Below are positions 9,160 to 17,873 of a stretch of 64,000 nt of DNA, piece by piece. Numbering within the stretch: the stretch's first letter is position 1; each line of letters begins with the position of its first letter. This stretch comes from an uncultured virus (IMG/VR IMGVR_UViG_3300011211_000031) (Duplodnaviria > Heunggongvirae > Uroviricota > Caudoviricetes): IMG/VR virus record IMGVR_UViG_3300011211_000031, positions 1 through 64,000 of that record; one strand, written 5' to 3'. A program made the position numbers and the translations under genes. A model generated the notes under the pieces. It searched no databases, was not told the origin of the DNA, and worked only from the letters and a program-made list of their open reading frames with translations.

Positions 9160-9428
9160 CGGATGTCGTCCTTGCGGATGTTGATGCGGGTAAGGGGAAT
9201 CGAACGGCGAAGGGCCTTGCGGGCATCCAGCTGGGCGGTGAATGGCTTCCAGACCTGATGCGCCTCGGAGACCGTCCGGAAGGCGAAGAAGAGGGCGCCG
9301 ATCCCGCCGACCAGCACGAAGCTGTCGGCGTTGCGCGGGCTTGCGAAGAAGGCCAGGGCGATGCAGAAGCCGCACAGGGCAGCGGCGATGAAGGCGGGGG
9401 TGAGCAGGGCAACCGGGTGGCGGTTCAT
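9156..9428 (-). CDS. Small two-helix membrane protein
   Basis: Two hydrophobic segments; ATGA-coupled. Confidence 0.65.
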   Translation of the reverse strand: MNRHPVALLTPAFIAAALCGFCIALAFFASPRNADSFVLVGGIGALFFAFRTVSEAHQVWKPFTAQLDARKALRRSIPLTRINIRKDDIR

Positions 9429-9637
9429 GCGTTGTCTCCATGGATGAGGGCCATGCGTCGGCGGCGGGCGCGCTCCCAGATGCGGTTCTGTGCGGCCTTG
9501 CTGCAGCCGGCAGCGATGAACTCGCGCTCGGTTTCCTTGACGTCCAGCCCCGACCGGGCAGCGCACACGCGCACGCTCTCCAGCAGGTATTTCTGGCTGT
9601 TGGTCTGGATCGGGAAGGCGAGGACCTGTGCGCTCAT
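9425..9637 (-). CDS. Hypothetical phage protein
   Basis: 70 aa, coupled at both ends. Confidence 0.65.
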   Translation of the reverse strand: MSAQVLAFPIQTNSQKYLLESVRVCAARSGLDVKETEREFIAAGCSKAAQNRIWERARRRRMALIHGDNA

Positions 9638-10014
9638 GCCGCTTTCTCCAGGTCGCTGTTGCCGCGCTGGATGGCGTCTGTTGTCGACGCGAAGGGGTTC
9701 GGCAGCGCCCGGCAGGCGTCGATCAGCTCCTGACGGCGCTTGCGGGAGGCTTCTTCGTCACTCAGGCCGCGCGGGTAGCTCCGGCCGCCGGTCGCATAGA
9801 TCTCGTCGGGGAAGCCGATCATCCTCAGCTCGTGGCGGCGAGCAGCCTCCCACGCCATCTCATCCGTGGCGCCGGCAAACGCGGCCGCACGGTAGGCCAC
9901 CTCGATGCCGGGCATGCGCAGCCCGGTGGTCATCAGGTTCGTGAGCAGCACCGCAGCGTTGAGGCGCTCCGCGCGGACCGTGGCTTCGGGGTGCAGCTCG
10001 GTGACGGGCGCCAT
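9634..10014 (-). CDS. Hypothetical phage protein
   Basis: 126 aa, GGAGG RBS. Confidence 0.65.
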   Translation of the reverse strand: MAPVTELHPEATVRAERLNAAVLLTNLMTTGLRMPGIEVAYRAAAFAGATDEMAWEAARRHELRMIGFPDEIYATGGRSYPRGLSDEEASRKRRQELIDACRALPNPFASTTDAIQRGNSDLEKAA

Positions 10015-10015
10015 G

Positions 10016-10144
10016 TCAGCAGCCCTCCCGAAACGTCCAGCCGAAGACCAGTGCGCCGAGGTGCAGCCCGGCGGCGGTGGCGAAGATAGCCGCCGCGTAG
10101 GCAGCAGCGATCAGATGCCAAAGGGGACGACGCTTGACTGCCAT
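10016..10144 (-). CDS. Small hydrophobic peptide, first gene of pL operon
   Basis: GGAG RBS, MAVKRRPLWHLIAAAYAAAIFATAAGLHLGALVFGWTFREGC (below the ORF-track length cutoff). Confidence 0.5.
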   Translation of the reverse strand: MAVKRRPLWHLIAAAYAAAIFATAAGLHLGALVFGWTFREGC

Positions 10145-10185
10145 CTGTGTTCTCCGAGCCCTGCGGAGTGCTGGGCGACGGACAC

Positions 10186-10236
10186 AAATTACCAGACGGT
10201 AATGCTATGTCAAGCGGAAAATTACCGAAAAGTAAA
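10186..10236 (-). promoter_or_regulatory. pL promoter with OL operators
   Basis: TTGACA (10213-10208) N16 TAATTT (10191-10186); palindrome ATTACCAGACGGTAAT 10188-10203 and degenerate copy 10221-10236. Confidence 0.8.
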
Positions 10237-10308
10237 ATTAGCTGTTACAGGCTTGCCACTGCCGCGCGCGGCAGCGCCTACGCAGCTAGTTCGAAGGCCC
10301 CGAGGGCC

Positions 10309-10656
10309 TTACACCATCCTGTCACCAGCAGCGTCGCGGTCCACGGCGACCAGTTCCGTCAGGGCCCATATGCCAGTGATCACCAGGCCGATGACAAACC
10401 AACCCAGCAGGAGAGTGATCAGAAGCTGCACGACGGCTCGGCCGTTGTAGCCGGCATAGAAGTTGTGCAGCCCCAAGGTGCCAAAGAAGAGTCCGAGGAT
10501 GATGTAGACCCCACGGCTCTTGGCCGTTTTCACGACATGCGGCTGCGCTACCAATGAAGCCGGCGCAAGCGTGGCGATCGGTGCCCCGCACCCTACACAA
10601 GCTGCCGCCTTATCGCTTACCTCGCGACCACACTCACTGCAGTTGACCATCGCCAT
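10309..10656 (-). CDS. Zinc-ribbon + TM2/NINE domain membrane protein
   Basis: CSECG...CVGCG ribbon; KSRGVYIILGLFFGTLGLHNFYAG TM2 motif. Confidence 0.85.
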   Translation of the reverse strand: MAMVNCSECGREVSDKAAACVGCGAPIATLAPASLVAQPHVVKTAKSRGVYIILGLFFGTLGLHNFYAGYNGRAVVQLLITLLLGWFVIGLVITGIWALTELVAVDRDAAGDRMV

Positions 10657-10682
10657 CGTGATTCCCTTCGCGTCTTAGAAAG

Positions 10683-11381
10683 TCAGAACCGGCGGAAGCC
10701 GGCATGCACAAGTGCCTTGCCACGCACTGCTAGGTCGGCGATGTCGCAGCGCCACTCTTTGAACTCTGGGTTCGCGCTCACCACGTACAGGCCATCCACG
10801 CGCTTTTGAAGCATCTTGATTTGCGTCTCGCCGTCGTAGCTGATGAGGTAGTAATCGTCACCATCGAAATAGTCTATCGACGTGTCGATCCATACGATGT
10901 CGCCATCCTCTATCTTGGGTCGCATCGAAGGGCCACGGCCGGTGATGATCTGTATACGGCCAGGGCGGGGGAGGAAGCCGAGCTTCCTGCGCACCTCCCA
11001 CTCAGCGACTTCCATAACCTGCATCACTTCAGGGAAGTCCTGATTGACCACGCCCATACCCATGCCTGCTGCTCCCTCGTAAAGCTGGAGCCGAAGGTAG
11101 CCGGGCTTCGTCTCAGTCTCTAAGACAGATGCGACAGGCACTGCCGCAGTAGGGTCGTCGGATGAGTCAAGATATCCCTCGGGCATGCGAGCAGCGCTTT
11201 CGAGTGACCGCGCCTTCTTCTCTCCGAACGACTTCTTGCCGTTCAGGAGACCCGAGAGCTCCCCCTGATTGATACCGACCGCCGCAACGAAGGACGCCTG
11301 CGTTCCCGCGTGGTTCTCCTGGATCCAAGCGCGGAGGCGCTCGCGGCGCAAGGTAACGATGGGGGCGTCTGTCGAAGGCAT
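10683..11381 (-). CDS. cI: CI-like repressor (HTH + S24 peptidase)
   Basis: N-terminal HTH (TQASFVAAVGINQGELSGLL), AAG cleavage site, GPSMRP and IKML catalytic Ser/Lys. Confidence 0.92.
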   Translation of the reverse strand: MPSTDAPIVTLRRERLRAWIQENHAGTQASFVAAVGINQGELSGLLNGKKSFGEKKARSLESAARMPEGYLDSSDDPTAAVPVASVLETETKPGYLRLQLYEGAAGMGMGVVNQDFPEVMQVMEVAEWEVRRKLGFLPRPGRIQIITGRGPSMRPKIEDGDIVWIDTSIDYFDGDDYYLISYDGETQIKMLQKRVDGLYVVSANPEFKEWRCDIADLAVRGKALVHAGFRRF

Positions 11382-11387
11382 GCGCAA

Positions 11388-11451
11388 AGTTTCACTTACC
11401 TTGCGGTAATTGACCAAAAGGTGTTGACTTGCAATTACCGAATGGTAATCT
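11388..11451. promoter_or_regulatory. OR operators, pR and pRM
   Basis: CTTACCTTGCGGTAAT 11395-11410 and ATTACCGAATGGTAAT 11434-11449; TTGACT 11424-11429 N16 TAATCT 11446-11451. Confidence 0.8.
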
Positions 11452-11457
11452 TCATGC

Positions 11458-11712
11458 ATGGACACCCTCCGCAGCTACCTCTCGACCTTGAGCCCGGCAG
11501 ACCAGGCGGACTACGCCCGTCGCGCCGGAACTTCCATCGGCTACCTGCGCAAGGCCCTGAGCGTGGGCCAGCGTTTCGACGGTGCGCTGGTTCGCCAACT
11601 TCATATACAGAGCGGTGGCGAAGTGTCCCTCACCGAGCTGCGGCCCGACATATGGCCGGCAGACGAGGCGATCGCCGCCAACGACCCTCAGGAGGTGGAC
11701 CGTGCTGCCTGA
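11458..11712 (+). CDS. cro: Cro-like (YdaS family) regulator
   Basis: Divergent from cI; HTH plus ELRPDIW motif. Confidence 0.85.
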   Translation: MDTLRSYLSTLSPADQADYARRAGTSIGYLRKALSVGQRFDGALVRQLHIQSGGEVSLTELRPDIWPADEAIAANDPQEVDRAA

Positions 11713-11876
11713 CCGCTGGAATCCGCGCGCGTGGCTGCGCGATTGGCTCACCAAGCGCACACGTTGCGAGGCTGCAGCTTCATCTGCAGCCTCGCATGAA
11801 CTGTCTAACCAGATCTGTGCCATAGCGACGGTCGCCGAGAAACTCGAATCCGAGAGTGCGGCGATCCGTGCCTTGA

Positions 11877-12137
11877 TCAGTCGTGGAGGTAGAGGGAACG
11901 ACGAGTGATGTCCGCTATCGACTTCTTCGCGCCTTCCGGCATGGAGCCTGCCTCGATCTCCGAAATGGTCCTCTCCAAATTTTCCTTGAAGCCTGGGTTG
12001 TCTGCAAAGGCGCGGATGATGCCGATCAGAAGGACGTGCGCGGCTGCGATGTCGTCCTTGAAATCCGAACTCAGGTTGTTCTGCACCTCGGCAATGCGTG
12101 CCAGCTCTTTCAATGTTTTTCTCACTTCCTCGTCCAT
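11877..12137 (-). CDS. Antisense hypothetical protein
   Basis: AAGGAGG RBS, 86 aa helical protein. Confidence 0.65.
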   Translation of the reverse strand: MDEEVRKTLKELARIAEVQNNLSSDFKDDIAAAHVLLIGIIRAFADNPGFKENLERTISEIEAGSMPEGAKKSIADITRRSLYLHD

Positions 12138-12454
12138 GTCGCCCTCCTTGTGGGCTGTTTTGTTGGCGCAACCAGCTTATCGCAAGGAGGGCGACACCTT
12201 GAGGCTCAAGCGGCCGCATTGAGGTAGTCCTCGATCCAGAGGACAACGCCACCGCTCGCGGGCACCGGACCGAGATCGGGAAGGGCAAGCGGAAGGGCCT
12301 TCGGCTTCCCATCGACCCTTCGCAGCAAGAACGGCTTCCCGCACATGCGGACCAGCGACACCACCTGATTCACCGACTTCCCTGAGTTGTTCATGTCCAT
12401 GGCGCAGATGTTGCGCCGGCCCAACAACCCCTTCCACGTTCACGAAGCGACCCA

Positions 12455-12934
12455 ATGAACATCATCGACGCTGCCCACAAGACCGTAAAAGATTCGCCCG
12501 GCGGCGCCGAGGCGCTGGCCACGCGGCTGATCACGACCAACGACAAGGGAGAAGAGAAGCCCATGTCGGGCGCTGTCCTGCGGAACAAGGTCAACCCGAA
12601 TAACGCGACGCACAAGCTGGGCTGGGAAGAGGCCAGCGAGATCATGGGGCTGACTGGCGACTACCGCATGCTGGTCGCGCTGGCAGCAGAGCACGGCTTT
12701 GCGGTTCAGCGCTTGGAGGTGCCGGAAAGCGCTGGCTGTCTGACCACCACCATCCTCGCGGCATCTGCCAGCAAGGGTCAGTTCGCGGAGATGCTCCACG
12801 AGTTCCTGCAGGACGGATTGATCACCGACAACGAGTTCTCTGAACTCCAGAGCGGCGCTGCCGGCATACACGCTGCGCTGATCCTGCTGATGGCGAAGCT
12901 TCGCGAGGCCAAGGGCCAGAAGGGCGTGCTGTGA
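12455..12934 (+). CDS. CII-like phage regulatory protein
   Basis: PGGAEALATRL...VLRNKVNPN..THKL; position after cro. Confidence 0.8.
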   Translation: MNIIDAAHKTVKDSPGGAEALATRLITTNDKGEEKPMSGAVLRNKVNPNNATHKLGWEEASEIMGLTGDYRMLVALAAEHGFAVQRLEVPESAGCLTTTILAASASKGQFAEMLHEFLQDGLITDNEFSELQSGAAGIHAALILLMAKLREAKGQKGVL

Positions 12935-13113
12935 GCCGGCTCCAGAACGATATCCGCGCACGCGAGCCTGAGCGGCAAAAGATGCAGGCCAAGCTCGATG
13001 CATTCCTGGCCAAGGGCGGCCAGATCGAACGGCCGGGAGCGCCACCACCGAAGAAGCCCATGAACGTGCGCGAGTACAGCGACCTGACATGGGCGAAGAG
13101 GACAGCCCAATGA
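12931..13113 (+). CDS. Hypothetical phage protein
   Basis: AFLAKGGQIE motif; coupled. Confidence 0.6.
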   Translation: MSRLQNDIRAREPERQKMQAKLDAFLAKGGQIERPGAPPPKKPMNVREYSDLTWAKRTAQ

Positions 13114-13427
13114 GCCATCTTCCCGCACGCAACACCGATCCGAATACCAGCCACGAGGCCGCGCGCGACCTCGTGGACTCGGGCACGCAGGCCCAGCAGC
13201 AGGCGCAGGTGGCTTCAGCGCTGCGCCAGCACCCAGGACTGACCAGCCGCGAGCTGGCCTTCTCTGCCGCGCTTGATCGCCACATGGTCGCTCGCAGGCT
13301 GCCAGAGCTGGAGGCCGACGGCTTGGCTGTACACGGTGCGCCGCGCATCTGCAGCATCAGCCGCAAGCGCTGCCAAACCTGGCTGCCGGTGCTGGTCGAC
13401 GCAGAGCAGGCGCCCTTGGCTGCCTGA
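13110..13427 (+). CDS. Winged-helix DNA-binding protein
   Basis: ARNTDPNTSHEAA; GLTSRELA...RRLPEL. Confidence 0.7.
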   Translation: MSHLPARNTDPNTSHEAARDLVDSGTQAQQQAQVASALRQHPGLTSRELAFSAALDRHMVARRLPELEADGLAVHGAPRICSISRKRCQTWLPVLVDAEQAPLAA

Positions 13428-13428
13428 C

Positions 13429-14376
13429 ATGAATTACTACGAGCGCCACCTGGGCGACTACGCCAAGGACACCGGCCATCTGAGCCTGCTGGAGCACGGC
13501 GTCTATACGCTGCTGCTGGACCGCTATTACGCCACGGAAAGCGGGATCCCCGAGGACCAGGCGCATCGCATTGCGCGCGCACGGTCGGCTGACGAGCGCG
13601 CTGCGGTGGATGTAGTCCTGGCCGAGTTCTTCCGCCTTGAGGGAAACCTCTGGGTTAACGGCCGGGTGGAAGAGGAGCTGGAGAAGGCGCGCGGCCGGAT
13701 CGCCACCGCACGCGCAAACGGCAGAAAGGGGGGGAGACCGCCCAAAAAGAACCCGCCGAAAACCCACGAAGAACCCAATGGGTTTCCGGCGGGTTTCGAA
13801 AATGAAACCGGATCGAAAGCTCACCAATCACCAGACACCACCTTTACTCCAGATAGATCTCAGCAAGCACCAGAGATCTCTGAGGGCGCGACCCTGGCCG
13901 GGCAGGCGTGCTTGCTGATGCGCCGAGCCGGTTGCCACACCACGAACCCGAGTCATCCCGACCTGCTGGCCGCTCTCGGGGAAGGCGTCACACCGCAGGC
14001 GTTGAGCGACACCGTCACCGAAGGCCTGAGCCGCGCACCTCCGGTGGCGAAGCCTTTCGCCTGGGCCATCACCACCGCCCGGGCCCGTCATGCCGAAGGC
14101 CCCAAGCAACCCCCGCAGAACACCGGACCCCATCATGGAACACGTCGCCTCGCTCCTGCCGACGAAGTCGAGCAGTTCATCCGCGCCCGAGAGCAGGGCG
14201 GAAACGTCATCGACGCCACGCCTTCATTCGCAGCATGTCATGGATCAGCTCTGGAAGCACATGGCGCAGATCTACGGCCACAAATGGACCAGCGGGTACA
14301 CGGCGGATCCGGCGGGTGCCGCGGCGAAGACGTGGTCGAAGGGACTTTCCGGATTGTCGGGGAGGCAAATGGCTGA
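13429..14376 (+). CDS. YdaU/DUF1376 replication initiator
   Basis: MNYYERHLGDYAKDTGHLSLLEHGVYTLLLDRYY; NGRKGGRP. Confidence 0.88.
   Translation: MNYYERHLGDYAKDTGHLSLLEHGVYTLLLDRYYATESGIPEDQAHRIARARSADERAAVDVVLAEFFRLEGNLWVNGRVEEELEKARGRIATARANGRKGGRPPKKNPPKTHEEPNGFPAGFENETGSKAHQSPDTTFTPDRSQQAPEISEGATLAGQACLLMRRAGCHTTNPSHPDLLAALGEGVTPQALSDTVTEGLSRAPPVAKPFAWAITTARARHAEGPKQPPQNTGPHHGTRRLAPADEVEQFIRAREQGGNVIDATPSFAACHGSALEAHGADLRPQMDQRVHGGSGGCRGEDVVEGTFRIVGEANG
13745..13812. repeat. Probable replication origin iterons inside the initiator gene
   Basis: AAGAACCC/AAAACCC/AAGAACCC direct repeats and inverted GGGTTT copies in an A-rich patch. Confidence 0.55.
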
Positions 14377-14818
14377 CGGCCTGGCCGCCTGCATCGCCAG
14401 TGCAGATCCGTGGCCGCCGACGCTGCCGCAGTTCCGGATGATGTGCTTGGGCATCCCGCCGTTCGACGCGGTGCGTGCCGATTCTGGCCAGCAGGACGGG
14501 TTCACCCGGCTGGTGTGGCAGTACCTCGATGGGCACCGCTATCGGCTCGCCAGCGCCGACAAAGCCGACAAGCTCCTGCAGGCCGCCTACAGCCGCGCCA
14601 AGGAGTTCGTGATGCGCGGCGGTGAGCTGCCGCCAGCGCCGGTGGCGGAGATCGAGCACGAGGTGCGGCATCCGGTCCCGGCCACCCGCGACCAGGTCGC
14701 GCGCCATATGGGCGACATCGCCGACCTGCTCGGCGTCGCTGATCCGGATCCGGACGAGCAGGCCGACGACCAGGCCGGGCTGGTCGCCGCTGCGGAAGAG
14801 GTGCGGCATGCAGCCTGA
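14135..14818 (+). CDS. Replication protein P-like helicase loader (alternative start 14240)
   Basis: LWKHMAQIYGHKW...WPPTLPQFRMMC; follows the initiator. Confidence 0.7.
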   Translation: MEHVASLLPTKSSSSSAPESRAETSSTPRLHSQHVMDQLWKHMAQIYGHKWTSGYTADPAGAAAKTWSKGLSGLSGRQMADGLAACIASADPWPPTLPQFRMMCLGIPPFDAVRADSGQQDGFTRLVWQYLDGHRYRLASADKADKLLQAAYSRAKEFVMRGGELPPAPVAEIEHEVRHPVPATRDQVARHMGDIADLLGVADPDPDEQADDQAGLVAAAEEVRHAA

Positions 14819-14999
14819 GGTCAGCGCCGACGTCCTGCGCCGCGCGCGGCAAGCCGGCCGCTACATGCGCGAGGCGCACAAGCCGCGCAGCTCCGTGCCG
14901 TTGTTCGAGATGGGCATGGCAGGTCACCTGCAGCGAAAGGAGTGGGAGGCCGGCTGGGATCAGCGGGATGACGAGATGAAACTTGGAGTAGCGGCATGA
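14808..14999 (+). CDS. Rmf/CrpP-fold-like small protein
   Basis: ARQAG.......P..P......RKEWEAGW pattern. Confidence 0.5.
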   Translation: MQPEVSADVLRRARQAGRYMREAHKPRSSVPLFEMGMAGHLQRKEWEAGWDQRDDEMKLGVAA

Positions 15000-15400
15000 C
15001 TGCAATGAGCCCCAAGGACTGGCAGGAGCGCGGCGAGGGCATGATGACGCACAAGCAGCAGCGCATGCTCAACGCCATCTGTGGTGATCTGGCCGCCGGC
15101 CTGTCCTGGCACGGCCAGCGCCTCACAAAGGACGACTGGCGACACATGGTTGCCGGCACGATGCTCGGCTGGCGCCTCATGCCGGCCATCGACCGGGGGC
15201 AGGGCGCGCCCGGTCACATCATGCTCGGCGGATCCAGCCTGAAGCTGACGAAGTCGCTGGCCTGCGACGCCATCACCGTGCTCGTGCAGATCGGGGACCA
15301 CCCGGAAGAGCAGGGCATGCGCGCGAGGCCCGTTCGGTGGTCGGACACGGTGCTGCTAGGGCTGGGGCACAACCCGCGCGACTTCGCGGAGGCGGCGTGA
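14996..15400 (+). CDS. ninB: NinB-family recombination protein
   Basis: QQRMLNAICGDLA...WHGQRLTKDDWR...GGSSLKL. Confidence 0.75.
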   Translation: MTAMSPKDWQERGEGMMTHKQQRMLNAICGDLAAGLSWHGQRLTKDDWRHMVAGTMLGWRLMPAIDRGQGAPGHIMLGGSSLKLTKSLACDAITVLVQIGDHPEEQGMRARPVRWSDTVLLGLGHNPRDFAEAA

Positions 15401-15417
15401 GTAAGTCAGCGCCATAC

Positions 15418-15984
15418 TCATTCTTTATCGATGAGTTTTTTTATCGAATCAAAGGCAGCTTGCCCGGTAGCTTGGTACTCGACGCAGACCCGATTGAGGT
15501 GTTCAACGTCACGCTTTTCGAAACTTTGCTGGTCTGCACAAGCGCGAAGGTAGTTGTGAAACAAATGCGCAGCGTCAATTGCATCCAGGGCAGGTTGGGA
15601 AGCTTCCAGAAGGTTCAGCGCATCCAGAGCACGCAGTCTGAGGTTGAGCCCTCCATCCGCATCCTTAAACACGAGTTCCGGTGCCACGGTCTGCAGGTGC
15701 TTGGGAATAACCTTCACGAGCGCAAGAAACGTATTCAGCTCGATGCGAATGGAGATCGCAGTCGCGCGGGCAAGAATCTTGGCGTCTTCCAAGTGCTTCT
15801 GCGCTGCAGCCTGTTCTGCGATGCGGCGCTCTGCGGTGGATTTGTCAGTGGCGACCTTTTGTCGCCACATCGCGAAAGCGAATGTGGCCACAGTGAGGCC
15901 CGCTTGCGCCCAAGCAGCCCACTCGCTCTGGGTAATGCAGAAAGTCGTAGAAAACCAGCTGCAGTAGTTCGCCGGGTCCGCCAT
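15418..15984 (-). CDS. Antisense moron, membrane-anchored protein
   Basis: EWAAWAQAGLTVATFAFAMW helix plus coil; AT-richer. Confidence 0.75.
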   Translation of the reverse strand: MADPANYCSWFSTTFCITQSEWAAWAQAGLTVATFAFAMWRQKVATDKSTAERRIAEQAAAQKHLEDAKILARATAISIRIELNTFLALVKVIPKHLQTVAPELVFKDADGGLNLRLRALDALNLLEASQPALDAIDAAHLFHNYLRACADQQSFEKRDVEHLNRVCVEYQATGQAAFDSIKKLIDKE

Positions 15985-16033
15985 GTCACGTCCGATGTGT
16001 TTGGGTGCGCAATTGTAAGTGGGAGACAGGCTT

Positions 16034-16342
16034 ATGCACAGTAACTACCGCGACCGAGCCCTTCTGGATGCCGTATACCAAGTCGAGTGCACCCTGCAGA
16101 TCGAGCGCTGCTGCCAGGGCGGCTTCGGTGAGCCTGCGCACAGCAACCAGAGCCGGCACGGCAAGGGCGGCGCGATCAAGGCGCACGACTGCTTCGTGGC
16201 GGCGGGCTGCAGGGCATGCCACCGTGAGCTGGACCAGGGCCGGCGCTTCACCCGCGAGGAGAAGGCTGAGATCTGGCAGCGCGGGCACGAGCGCACGATG
16301 CTGGCTCTGTGGCAGATGGGTGCTATCCAGGTGGCCGCATGA
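16034..16342 (+). CDS. DUF1364-like HNH/zinc nuclease protein
   Basis: CTLQI...C...AHSN...GKG..IK..D.....GCRACH..LD. Confidence 0.75.
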   Translation: MHSNYRDRALLDAVYQVECTLQIERCCQGGFGEPAHSNQSRHGKGGAIKAHDCFVAAGCRACHRELDQGRRFTREEKAEIWQRGHERTMLALWQMGAIQVAA

Positions 16343-16815
16343 AGATCTTGGCGATCGACCCCGGCACGGAGGAAAGCGGCTGGTGCCTGCTCGAGGATGG
16401 CCGGGTCATCCATTCGGGGGTCTACGGCAACGAGGAACTGCTGCTGGTGGTGCGCGGGGCTGGCCAGCTGGGTGAGGTGGACGTGCTTGCCATCGAGATG
16501 ATCGCGAGCTACGGCATGGCCGTTGGCCGCGAGGTGTTCGAGACGTGCGTCTGGGTCGGGCGCTTTCAACAGGCTTGGTCTGACCCGAACGCTGTGCAGC
16601 TCGTCTACCGCCGTGACGTGAAGCTGCATCTGTGCGGCAACGCGAAGGCGAAGGATCCGAACATCCGGCAGGCTTTGATCGACCTGTTGGGCAAGCCCGG
16701 CACGAAGAAGGCCCCCGGCGCGACTTACGGCGTTGCCTCGCACGCGTGGGCGGCGTTGGGGGTGGCGGTCACGGTCGCTGGCATCACCCCCGAGTCTGCG
16801 AGGGCCGCGGCATGA
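16339..16815 (+). CDS. RuvC-like Holliday junction resolvase
   Basis: ILAIDPG, LAIE, RRDVKLHLCG. Confidence 0.75.
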   Translation: MKILAIDPGTEESGWCLLEDGRVIHSGVYGNEELLLVVRGAGQLGEVDVLAIEMIASYGMAVGREVFETCVWVGRFQQAWSDPNAVQLVYRRDVKLHLCGNAKAKDPNIRQALIDLLGKPGTKKAPGATYGVASHAWAALGVAVTVAGITPESARAAA

Positions 16816-17048
16816 GCGCCAGCCGGTACACCTACGAGATCGGGGGCCCTCGCGGGGGCACTCACGTTTCCATCGTCACTGCCTGTCGGATCGCAGATCG
16901 ATTCCGGCACAGGCTTCCGACGGTTGCGGAGCTGCGCGCCGCGTTCGGCATGAGCACTGCAACTGCATACCGCTGGCGCGCCGCTCTCGCGGAAGCGCGC
17001 GGGCTGTCTTCTACCAGCACCACCCCAGGAGAGAAACACCATGGCTGA
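16812..17048 (+). CDS. Small HTH protein
   Basis: PTVAELRAAFGMSTATAYRW. Confidence 0.65.
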   Translation: MSASRYTYEIGGPRGGTHVSIVTACRIADRFRHRLPTVAELRAAFGMSTATAYRWRAALAEARGLSSTSTTPGEKHHG

Positions 17049-17754
17049 CCGCCGCGAGATGCTGGCCCGCCTGAACCCCCAAACGGTGCGCTTCGACGTG
17101 GGGCAGGGCGGCGGCGCGCCGAGCCTGACCACTTCCGATATCGCCGCAGCGCTCGGCATGGTGCCGGCAGGCCTGGGCCGCGAGGTCATGGAGGCGGTGT
17201 ACCTGCCCGACGGAGCCCTGCGGCACCGGCCGAAGCTCGCCGAGGCGGTGCTAGCCATCGTCCGGCCCGAGTTCACCCGTCGCGCGCGGGCGCTTGCGGA
17301 GGCTGAGGATGACCTGAGCTTCTCGAAGGAGATGGTCAGCCTCAGCCGGCGCAGCCTGTCCGACGCGCAGCGACGGATCCTTCGGGATCGGGAGGCCGCT
17401 GTGGTGCTGGCGCGCTCCAAGGCCTGGCCGAAGAACACCTATCAGCACCTCACCCGCATGGTCGACGCCGTGGTGTTGGAGCTGGCCAGCGGCAACCGTT
17501 GCCCGACGTGCATCGGGGCTGGCATCGTGAGCGACATGGGCTGCAAGGATTGCAGGTGCACCGGACTCGAGCCGACGCCGGACCGGCGCCGAGCGCTGGC
17601 AATGGGCACCGACTCACCTGCGTACCTGCGTAGGTGGAAGCCGGTGTACGAATGGCTGCTGGCGGAAATGAACCATGCGGGGGAGGCGGCAGCAAAACAG
17701 CTCTCCCGCGCATTGAGCAATGCCGATTACGAGCCAAGGTCACGTGCTGCGTAG
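17041..17754 (+). CDS. Late antiterminator Q-like protein
   Basis: CPTCIGAG...CKDCRCTG zinc finger; precedes the late promoter/terminator. Confidence 0.75.
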   Translation: MADRREMLARLNPQTVRFDVGQGGGAPSLTTSDIAAALGMVPAGLGREVMEAVYLPDGALRHRPKLAEAVLAIVRPEFTRRARALAEAEDDLSFSKEMVSLSRRSLSDAQRRILRDREAAVVLARSKAWPKNTYQHLTRMVDAVVLELASGNRCPTCIGAGIVSDMGCKDCRCTGLEPTPDRRRALAMGTDSPAYLRRWKPVYEWLLAEMNHAGEAAAKQLSRALSNADYEPRSRAA

Positions 17755-17840
17755 CGCTTGGAAATATTGTCTTGCTGAAACAACGGAAATCCCTGTAATT
17801 TCACCACTATCGCGAGACTTGGCCGCCGGCCAAACTCATC

Positions 17841-17866
17841 AGCCCCGCCATCGAGCGGGGCTTTTT
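17841..17866 (+). terminator. tR'-like intrinsic terminator of the late leader
   Basis: AGCCCCGC-CATCGA-GCGGGGCT followed by a T run. Confidence 0.7.
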
Positions 17867-17873
17867 CGTATAT

